Virus record (IMG/VR): IMGVR_UViG_3300046002_005803 | Span: 64,001-85,712 of that record | Source: a virus | Taxonomy: Duplodnaviria; Heunggongvirae; Uroviricota; Caudoviricetes | Reading direction: 5' to 3' (one strand) | Length of the DNA stretch: 21,712 nt | Part shown: positions 15,323 through 21,712 of the stretch, piece after piece | How positions within the stretch are numbered: the first letter of the stretch is position 1 | Layout: each line of letters opens with the position of its first letter | The notes under the pieces: model-generated | What the model was told of the DNA's origin: nothing | The model's input: the letters and a program-made list of their open reading frames with translations, nothing else | Database searches by the model: none | Translations under genes and position numbers: made by a program

Positions 15323-16245
15323 GCCGTCAACTCCACAATTGAGGCCGCTATTGCTATTTCAGGAATCCCTACTAAGGGCAATGTTGCCAAACCATTGCGA
15401 ATGATAATGATACTTGCATCACGCTTTTCTTGTGTCTTTCCCCACAAATCTAAGTTAGAGTAAGCCCAAGTATAAATTTCTTCAACTCGGGTCGGGTACA
15501 ATGCAGTGTACTGCATAAGTTGCTGACGACCCTCAAGAATCTTGCCAGCTTTGAACAATGTAGTTGCTTCTATTAGAAGCTCATGTTCGCTATTACCCTG
15601 TGATTGCGGAGGCAATAGTTTACCGGTGCTTGAATTAACTTGTAGTTGATTCAAACATTTACGCAAGTCTGGGTATGCTACACGAACATAACTGTCCAAT
15701 GTATCTAAATCAAACTCAATACCTTCTGTCAATAAAACAGTTGCTGCCCTTGCTGTATATTCTGTACGATCGGGTTTAGCAATATGAAACTTATGGCAAC
15801 GACTTTCACGCAATGCTGGAATGATTTTGTGTTCATAGTTACAAGTAAGAATAAATCTCACTGTATCAGCATATGCTTCCATATCGTTACGCAATGCTGC
15901 TTGAAACTCTGGGCTAGTGTAATCGGCCTCATCAAGTAGGATTACCTTAAACTTACCGAATGGCATGGTTTGTGCAAATCCATTAATCTTATCACGCACG
16001 ATTGCTACGCCATTTTCACGACTAGCATTGATTTCCATTACATCATAATCTTCCACACCAAGTTCATGGATCAATACTTTAGCAAGAGTAGTCTTACCAG
16101 TACCCGGGTCGCCGCTTAACAATAGATGCGGAATGCTACCATTAGCTATCCAACCTTCTACCTGTTGTTTTTGTCGTTCATCCACAAAAACATAATCTTT
16201 AACAGATTTGGGACGATAACGCTCAACCCAAAGTTGATTTTTCAT
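15319..16245 (-). CDS. Sliding-clamp loader small subunit (RFC-small/T4 gp44-like AAA+ ATPase)
   Basis: LWVERYRP N-terminal box, GDPGTGKT, EINAS, LLDEAD, FILTCN and the SRC arginine-finger motif. Confidence 0.92.
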   Translation of the reverse strand: MKNQLWVERYRPKSVKDYVFVDERQKQQVEGWIANGSIPHLLLSGDPGTGKTTLAKVLIHELGVEDYDVMEINASRENGVAIVRDKINGFAQTMPFGKFKVILLDEADYTSPEFQAALRNDMEAYADTVRFILTCNYEHKIIPALRESRCHKFHIAKPDRTEYTARAATVLLTEGIEFDLDTLDSYVRVAYPDLRKCLNQLQVNSSTGKLLPPQSQGNSEHELLIEATTLFKAGKILEGRQQLMQYTALYPTRVEEIYTWAYSNLDLWGKTQEKRDASIIIIRNGLATLPLVGIPEIAIAASIVELTA

Positions 16246-16526
16246 TTTCTAAGCATCTCAAGTGTTATGATGTGGGCGATACTTTGACCCAAGTCTTGTT
16301 CACTGGGAATGATATGTAATGTGGAATCGCGTTCTTCGGTTCTGTCATTATACGAAACATATTCCATTACATATCCTCCGTTAGCAGAGTAGATAGTAAA
16401 GTTCATTCCATTTCGGTCAAATCTACGCCTTCTAACTGAGCCGACCGTCGATTCTTCCACTCTAGAAGCATTTTCCCAATCTTCACTGGCCCAGTTGTGA
16501 ATCTTTTTCTTAAACCATTTTATCAT
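16242..16526 (-). CDS. Hypothetical protein (94 aa)
   Basis: Overlap-coupled at both ends (TAATG with groES, ATGA with the clamp loader). Confidence 0.7.
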   Translation of the reverse strand: MIKWFKKKIHNWASEDWENASRVEESTVGSVRRRRFDRNGMNFTIYSANGGYVMEYVSYNDRTEERDSTLHIIPSEQDLGQSIAHIITLEMLRK

Positions 16527-16915
16527 TAGTACACCATTTCGCTTAATGTTGAATCCGATACTTCTTCATCTGACATCATTAGTATATCATCAGCGTCAAC
16601 TCTACGCAATGTTTTCTTACCCGTTTCATCTTCTATCTCAATTCCACGAGTCCAGCGTCCATGACTGACACAAACCCATTTACCTTCAACAATGTCAGTA
16701 TCTTTGTTTTCTGAACCCACAGCATATATCTTTCCCCAGCGAGGCCTGATACCTGCACTTTTCATATCATCATTGGGCAATAGAATACCGCCATGTGTAA
16801 TGCGTTGGTCAAAACTCATATCACATACGATAATATGTGCGCCAATTGGGTTGAACTGGCTTTTATTGAATTTATGTGGAGCAAATGCTAATTTTTTTGG
16901 TTCGGTGTGTGTCAT
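16526..16915 (-). CDS. groES: GroES/Cpn10-like co-chaperonin (T4 gp31-like); start revised to ATG 16915 (129 aa)
   Basis: FNPIGAHIIV, a mobile loop THGGILLP, GKIYAVG and RVDADDILM follow the Cpn10 pattern. ATG 16915 lies 1 nt after the upstream stop, whereas the longer track start overlaps the upstream gene. Confidence 0.75.
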   Translation of the reverse strand: MTHTEPKKLAFAPHKFNKSQFNPIGAHIIVCDMSFDQRITHGGILLPNDDMKSAGIRPRWGKIYAVGSENKDTDIVEGKWVCVSHGRWTRGIEIEDETGKKTLRRVDADDILMMSDEEVSDSTLSEMVY

Positions 16916-16916
16916 G

Positions 16917-17288
16917 TTATTTCTTCTTTGTTGCTTTCTTGATTTCTTCTTCTTTGATTTTTTCAATCGCCAAATCATCTTCAATTGATTCATCTAACTC
17001 AAATTCTTCTGGGTGGAGTTCAGCAACGGCTATTTTTGCTGGTGTGGGAACATCCGGTTGTATTCTACTTTGTGGCTTGCTTGCGTTTGCTGAACGATTT
17101 CCCACTGTTTTAGCATAAGCATTGTTTACTTTAGCAGTTGCGGGTTGAATTATTCTACCCATTGAATCAATGGTGTCACCTCGTGCGTTAAGATTTTTGA
17201 CATTCCCCACGGCTCTGACTTTTTCATTTTTTGCTACAATAGCTGACATGTCAACGGTTTTACCCATTGCGGATCTGTATGTGGCCAT
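16917..17288 (-). CDS. Conserved hypothetical protein (123 aa)
   Basis: Strong SD AAGGAG and a TAAATA box 22 nt upstream. Motif YRSAMGKTVDM...RAVGN...NARGD; function not recognised. Confidence 0.75.
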   Translation of the reverse strand: MATYRSAMGKTVDMSAIVAKNEKVRAVGNVKNLNARGDTIDSMGRIIQPATAKVNNAYAKTVGNRSANASKPQSRIQPDVPTPAKIAVAELHPEEFELDESIEDDLAIEKIKEEEIKKATKKK

Positions 17289-17310
17289 TTTATCTCCTTT
17301 TAGTTAGTAA

Positions 17311-17316
17311 TATTTA
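17311..17316 (-). promoter_or_regulatory. Candidate late promoter (TAAATA)
   Basis: Intergenic, 22 nt above the ATG at 17288, matching the spacing seen at other late genes. Confidence 0.55.
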
Positions 17317-17361
17317 ATCTTCTGCTAGTATGCCTTAATTTTTACTCAGTATTCCAATTAC

Positions 17362-17871
17362 TCACCTTAGAAATTCATCAATTGATAATTGGTAAAAAAG
17401 ACTGTTAATTCTGTGAATCCCTATCAAAAACAACACAAAACTAGCCACACTACTACCTCTGCCCACTCCCCAAACTATGTTATTACTACGCATAGTATCA
17501 ACAAGATATTTTAAGTATTGTAGTAATGAAAACATATTCCTATCATGGAATTTTAATAGTTCATCACCTGCTCGTTGCAGTTCTTCTTCGGTTTTGCATT
17601 GAGCTAATACCCATTTAGCAATATCCATTTCATAATATTCTTTGGGCATTTGCCATTGTGATTGATTTTGACTATCAAATTCTTTTACTGATAAATTAGA
17701 TTTAACATACTCTATTAGAACGGGTAAGTTTTCATTTGAAAGAAATATGGTACCCAGAGTTATCTTTTCATCTACCAAACAATCTTTTATAGTGCGGGTA
17801 GAATCACGCATATACAAATCACACAGGTCATTTTCTGTGAGGATTATTTGATCGTATATGTCGGTTCTCAT
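17362..17871 (-). CDS. dnaE: Stand-alone fragment of a family-C DNA polymerase (DnaE/Pol III alpha), ending just before the catalytic aspartates
   Basis: QRAGDEL...LKYLVDTMRSNNIVWGVGRGSSVASFVLFLIGIHRINSLFYQLSIDEFLR parallels the DnaE segment around GPGRGS...YALxITxxDP...FERFL (GRGS at 17452-17463). There is no PDxDxD motif. Confidence 0.85.
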   Translation of the reverse strand: MRTDIYDQIILTENDLCDLYMRDSTRTIKDCLVDEKITLGTIFLSNENLPVLIEYVKSNLSVKEFDSQNQSQWQMPKEYYEMDIAKWVLAQCKTEEELQRAGDELLKFHDRNMFSLLQYLKYLVDTMRSNNIVWGVGRGSSVASFVLFLIGIHRINSLFYQLSIDEFLR

Positions 17872-17877
17872 CTATGT

Positions 17878-17906
17878 ATTTTAACATAGACCAATAGATA
17901 AATCAA
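17878..17906 (-). promoter_or_regulatory. sigma70-type promoter TTGATT-N17-TAAAAT with extended -10 (TGn)
   Basis: -35 at 17901-17906 and -10 at 17878-17883, then 6 nt to the ATG at 17871. Same geometry as the dnaJ promoter. Confidence 0.75.
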
Positions 17907-17909
17907 CAC

Positions 17910-18512
17910 TTATGGTTGTTTATGGTAGTCATTGTTGAAAATAATTTCAGTAGAGGTATGTTCTTTTTGTTCCCAATCCAAACTAACTCCGGCCCAATCA
18001 TTATGATGTTTTATCAATCTAACTATTTTATCTTTTTTATTAGATTTGGATAAATCAGATATAGAAGTGGAAGCACATTCCCACCAGCCCTTGTTACCAA
18101 AAGGGTGATTAGCTACAGTTTCTACATCATAAATAAATTTAACATCATCACTTAATCCAGAAATAAGTGATATATCAGTTATATGTAATTTACCTTCTGT
18201 TATGGCGTTTAGTTTCAACAATAGCAGAATGGTTATGATCTGATCATACGGCTCGTCCGGAAGAGTACAAACTTTGATATCAGCTTGTAGATACTTCTCA
18301 ATCGCTTTTTTTTCTGAATCTTGCACAAAAATACTATTGCCCAAACAGTTATGTAAGAAGTAATGTATCCGGTCCATTGCTATATTTTGTTCTTTAATAG
18401 ATGCTGTATCAACTTCCATGCTCAATGAAAGTTCATATATGTTCATTAAGAACTCCCCTTCAAAATAAACAGCAGCTTGGAATGCAAATTCACGTTCAAT
18501 TCTTGTTGCCAA
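17910..18512 (-). CDS. Hypothetical protein, possibly a degenerate QueD/PTPS-like T-fold
   Basis: 200 aa with a TTG start and SD GAGGG. RIEREFAFQAAV resembles the QueD K.F.F.AAH strand but lacks the His. Confidence 0.6.
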   Translation of the reverse strand: MATRIEREFAFQAAVYFEGEFLMNIYELSLSMEVDTASIKEQNIAMDRIHYFLHNCLGNSIFVQDSEKKAIEKYLQADIKVCTLPDEPYDQIITILLLLKLNAITEGKLHITDISLISGLSDDVKFIYDVETVANHPFGNKGWWECASTSISDLSKSNKKDKIVRLIKHHNDWAGVSLDWEQKEHTSTEIIFNNDYHKQP

Positions 18513-18753
18513 TTTCGCCCTCTTTCTGAATAGAAACTTGATTATGCAGGTTTTGTTTTTTCATTACCTCATCAAGTTTTTTATTTGCTTCGTTGCGATA
18601 ACTTTCAACCACCATTTCAAGTTGATTGATTAGTGGTCTATTACCCATTCGGTGAGCAAAAGTAAGTTTATTCATCAGCCCGGTTAGGGTAGCTTGAATT
18701 TCCTCTAGTGTCTTTTCAGACAGTGTTTTTCTATCTAAGAATGGATGTTCCAT
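18496..18753 (-). CDS. Hypothetical helical protein (85 aa)
   Basis: ATG 5 nt below a TAAATA box; coiled-coil-like pattern; overlaps the next start by 17 nt. Confidence 0.75.
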   Translation of the reverse strand: MEHPFLDRKTLSEKTLEEIQATLTGLMNKLTFAHRMGNRPLINQLEMVVESYRNEANKKLDEVMKKQNLHNQVSIQKEGEIGNKN

Positions 18754-18758
18754 TCAAA

Positions 18759-18764
18759 TATTTA
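18759..18764 (-). promoter_or_regulatory. Candidate late promoter (ATAAATA)
   Basis: Adjoins the upstream stop codon and lies 5 nt above the ATG at 18753. Confidence 0.5.
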
Positions 18765-20036
18765 TTACCACGGCGACAGTACAATTTTTTTCCAAATATC
18801 ATTACCAACATAATAAGTAGCACTAGTTGCTACTATATTTGAAGTTAATGCAACTACTGTTCCCGCCACACCGTTTGTCCTAGATTGACTTACTGTGATA
18901 TTTGGGCTAGCAACAGTTTTGATATAATATACTGTATTAGAAATCAATCCACCCATATTAGCAGTAAAGATAATTGGTGAGTTTACTGCACTAGTTATAC
19001 TTGACAAATTACCCGACAGTGTAATCACATTGCCACTCGAAAATGTGTTTGTTACACTAGTTGCACACGCAGTAGAATTATATGTGTCAGTTGCTATATA
19101 AACGTATGATGTTGGGTTAGCAAGCATTGAAGTACCAGATGCATTTGCTCCAATAGCAATATTAGCACCACCAATAGATGATGACACTGTAAATGTAGTG
19201 CTTGACACTACATTTCTTACATAATATGTTGTGCCCACCACTATATTACCTGCAAGTGAAGTACCGGTGAATACGATTGGCAAATCAGTATAAAGTTGTG
19301 TAGTGTTCCCGGAAGTCGTAAGATACGGGTCTGTATTAGCCCCAGTGATAGTTAATTGATTAACCGAAGAACCAACTGCAATATCTCCGTTTACGTCACC
19401 TTGAAATCCAGTAGGAGGAACAAGACGTTGTTGAATTTGTGTAGACTGAATTGGTCTATTAGTTGCGGAAATAGACAATGTAGTACCACAATCAACTGTA
19501 CTTATTAAATAATTAAGTTGAGTTACCCCATATGGAACAGTGACCGATGTATTTCCATTTATATTTGAATAATTTTCAAGTGTAGTTGCTCCCAATGTTA
19601 CATTTGACGGGAAAGTAATAGTAGAAAGGGTATTAGATATTGATAGATTTAATTGAACATTACTTTGCGTGCCGGCTGGTGCCCAACTACCAAAATTGAT
19701 TGTAGTATTTGCTGCTATTGTTCCATACTGAACATCTGCTAATGAAGTATTTACTAGAACAGTACCTGATAATGCGTTGCCTAAATTATAAGTGGTTGCT
19801 CTGAAACTGCGTGTACTTGCGTTGCTGATAAGCGTGTTGGCCATATCATTGTTAATAGTAGTACCTATTAAAGCCTGCTTAACTACTACTTTATTTTGCA
19901 GGTCAGTTATTTCTGTTCCGGCAGCATTAAGATTGGTTACAATAGATGCAAAATTATCTCTGAATCCTTGACTGTTGTTGTTAACACCCGGGACAGGATA
20001 ATTTACATTAATTGGATTTGTGTTGATTGTACTCAT
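18765..20036 (-). CDS. Tail-fibre/tail-associated structural protein with two related beta-domains
   Basis: T/S/N/V/G/I-rich with almost no charge. N-terminal YPVPGVNNNSQGFRDNF plus a coiled segment, two P-I-[VI]-F-T...G...T-x-Y-Y repeats, and a C-terminal IWKKIVLSPW. Confidence 0.7.
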   Translation of the reverse strand: MSTINTNPINVNYPVPGVNNNSQGFRDNFASIVTNLNAAGTEITDLQNKVVVKQALIGTTINNDMANTLISNASTRSFRATTYNLGNALSGTVLVNTSLADVQYGTIAANTTINFGSWAPAGTQSNVQLNLSISNTLSTITFPSNVTLGATTLENYSNINGNTSVTVPYGVTQLNYLISTVDCGTTLSISATNRPIQSTQIQQRLVPPTGFQGDVNGDIAVGSSVNQLTITGANTDPYLTTSGNTTQLYTDLPIVFTGTSLAGNIVVGTTYYVRNVVSSTTFTVSSSIGGANIAIGANASGTSMLANPTSYVYIATDTYNSTACATSVTNTFSSGNVITLSGNLSSITSAVNSPIIFTANMGGLISNTVYYIKTVASPNITVSQSRTNGVAGTVVALTSNIVATSATYYVGNDIWKKIVLSPW

Positions 20037-20055
20037 TGTTTTATTCCGTTATATA

Positions 20056-20062
20056 TATTTAG
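20056..20062 (-). promoter_or_regulatory. Candidate late promoter (CTAAATA)
   Basis: Overlaps the stop of the upstream gene and lies 19 nt above the ATG at 20036. Confidence 0.5.
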
Positions 20063-21712
20063 TATTGAGTTTCATCTGGTAAAATAGTTGCACGAGGGAA
20101 CAATACAAAGAAATCTTGACTATTGATTGGGTTTGGTACTGGAGTAGCACTAGGTAAACTAGACCATGCAGGTGGATTAAAATCATTTTCCCAATTATAA
20201 GTAGTACTCTTATCTACTGTAAATCTATCTATATTGAAATTAATCTGATTAAGAGTATATGGCCAGTTAGTTTCTATATTCGTTTTAATAGTTTCAGCTT
20301 GGCCTGGTTTTGTATAGCATATTACCCATGCTTGAGTATAGCCCAAAGTACTACCATTTGTTTGTTGACTAGTCATCCATACTGGCAATAGTGTGCTGTT
20401 TAATACTTGTCCCAGGATATCAGCTACTCTATTACGCATGTTAAATAAACTGTTAGGGTATAGCGTTCTAGCATATCCGGAAGTCAAACTAGTAAAGTAT
20501 TGTTGATTTAACAATTCAACATAGCTAGTGAATATATCGGTTACACTTGTGTACCAAGGTCCCAAATGTAAATCAATTGGAGTTGGCCAATATATACTAC
20601 TAGGAACACTAACCCCTTGGGGATTTATCAAATTATCAATTACTTCACTGTATACTACTTCATAAATTATATTATTATTGTTATCTCTTGCAATAGCAGT
20701 TTTTAGCTCACCTAAAGTGATATTTCTCCAGTAATGATTTTGTGTGACTGATGCTATATATTCTTGTAGACCACTTGCATATATACCATATGCATGGTCG
20801 TATATGACATTGGTTGCTTTTCCAAAATTAACATCATCTGATCTGTATAATAATTCAGTAGGTATTAGTGCTTCACTGTCTAACAATGTTCGTAGTATAT
20901 TTCTATCGTTAATGCTAGGGGCCGCTTGAATATATAATATATCAGTAGGTTGCCCATATTCTTGATATACATTTACGGTAAATGTTTTGCTAGATTCTAC
21001 AATAGCAAAGTTTGACGAGTATGCTTGAATTGTAAATGTAAAAGCAGTTTGTTCACCAACATTTAAAAAAGTATTTGTTGGTTGACTAGCTACAATACCT
21101 GTTATTTCACCGCTGGGTAATAATGTTAAATTCGGAGGTAAACTACCTGAAGTTAATCTATACTCTAATGGGGTGTCCGAAACTGCAAGGACTTTTAATA
21201 TGCTAAGAGTGTCGTTATATATTGTACCTAAATCTTGTAGTGTGACCCAAGATATTGTACCAGTGATATCCAAACTTAGATTGAATGCAAAATTAAACAC
21301 CGGAGACACTATTCCAGTATTACCTGCTCTTACTACTTGTGCAGTAAAACTATAGTTATTAATACCCGGTGATGACAAAATAGGAGTTCCTGTTATCCAA
21401 CCTGTGGTAGAATCATGTGCTATTCCCTGCGGCAATCCAGAAACATAATAATTAATATCGTTGCCATCAAACTCATATCCAATTAATTTGAAAGCAAAGT
21501 AGTTATCACTTAAAAATGTACCTAATTGAGCATTCGTTGAAGTTGCTATCGGTGGCAATAAATAATAACCATAATACGGATCACTATCATTTACTGTAAT
21601 TGTCAATGGTCTAGTATTTAATAAAGTGGGCTGTCTTGTGTTAGGTGGGTTTCCAGGACCACCTTGACTTACAGGGGTGTTTTGATTTAAAACTGTAATT
21701 GAATAAGAATTC
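20059..21712 (-). CDS. Large virion structural protein with putative Ig-like domains (baseplate/tail-associated), N-terminally truncated by the window edge
   Basis: The frame stays open from 21606 to the window end (NSYSITVLNQNTPVSQGGPGNPP...), so the TTG start in the track is not the real start. GLPQGIAHDSTTGWITGTP and GSLPPNLTLLPSGEITG are putative-Ig-domain-like. Confidence 0.75.
   Translation of the reverse strand, partial: NSYSITVLNQNTPVSQGGPGNPPNTRQPTLLNTRPLTITVNDSDPYYGYYLLPPIATSTNAQLGTFLSDNYFAFKLIGYEFDGNDINYYVSGLPQGIAHDSTTGWITGTPILSSPGINNYSFTAQVVRAGNTGIVSPVFNFAFNLSLDITGTISWVTLQDLGTIYNDTLSILKVLAVSDTPLEYRLTSGSLPPNLTLLPSGEITGIVASQPTNTFLNVGEQTAFTFTIQAYSSNFAIVESSKTFTVNVYQEYGQPTDILYIQAAPSINDRNILRTLLDSEALIPTELLYRSDDVNFGKATNVIYDHAYGIYASGLQEYIASVTQNHYWRNITLGELKTAIARDNNNNIIYEVVYSEVIDNLINPQGVSVPSSIYWPTPIDLHLGPWYTSVTDIFTSYVELLNQQYFTSLTSGYARTLYPNSLFNMRNRVADILGQVLNSTLLPVWMTSQQTNGSTLGYTQAWVICYTKPGQAETIKTNIETNWPYTLNQINFNIDRFTVDKSTTYNWENDFNPPAWSSLPSATPVPNPINSQDFFVLFPRATILPDETQY

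Noticed and set aside
16916-16993. Basic N-terminal extension of GroES (KKSKKKKSRKQQRR) in the ORF track
   Set aside because: It is an off-frame reading of the Lys/Glu-rich end of the upstream gene; ATG 16915 is the better start.
17335-17364. Stop-codon readthrough, recoding or frameshift joining the dnaE fragment to a downstream part
   Set aside because: Readthrough gives only 8 further residues before TAA and no PDxDxD lies downstream. TGA acts as a normal stop elsewhere (ATGA overlaps), so an alternative genetic code is not indicated.
2506-21355. Plus-strand ORFs in the track other than phoH (e.g. 2506-2895, 5480-5785, 9179-9817, 14678-14923, 16692-16988) and the minus-strand ORF 14448-14795
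   Set aside because: They are antisense or alternate-frame shadows of well-supported genes, with no SD, promoter or recognisable motifs.
21604-21606. TTG start of the 515-aa ORF
   Set aside because: The frame is open to the window edge, so the gene begins outside the window.

Overview
AT-rich fragment of a large T4-like/jumbo tailed-phage genome. Almost all genes lie on the minus strand; phoH is the exception. There is no sign of host chromosome, tRNA, rRNA, CRISPR array or transposon. From right to left (the direction of transcription) it encodes: an Ig-domain virion protein cut by the window edge, a tail-fibre-like protein, small hypotheticals, a stand-alone fragment of a family-C (DnaE) polymerase, a GroES-like co-chaperonin and a clamp-loader ATPase. 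These are followed by the convergent phoH, two conserved hypotheticals with a 3TM holin, a coupled dnaJ-clpA pair and a late-promoter block. That block holds a PGDYG-like protein, a 1021-aa fusion of three unrelated nucleotidyl-transfer folds, a GT-A glycosyltransferase, a second Pol-beta-type nucleotidyltransferase, and a >618-aa modular protein missing from the ORF track. The modular protein consists of small domains joined by a repeated (E/K)-(Q/G/D)-G/D-V-x-E-G linker that is conserved at DNA level. TAAATA late-promoter boxes, two sigma70-type promoters with leaderless geometry and two intrinsic terminators give a coherent transcription map. Best candidate for an undescribed system: a capsid-packaged, head-protease-processed cargo kit made of shuffled mini-domains plus four nucleotidyl-transfer domains. 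All family calls come from motif recognition by eye; no database search was run.
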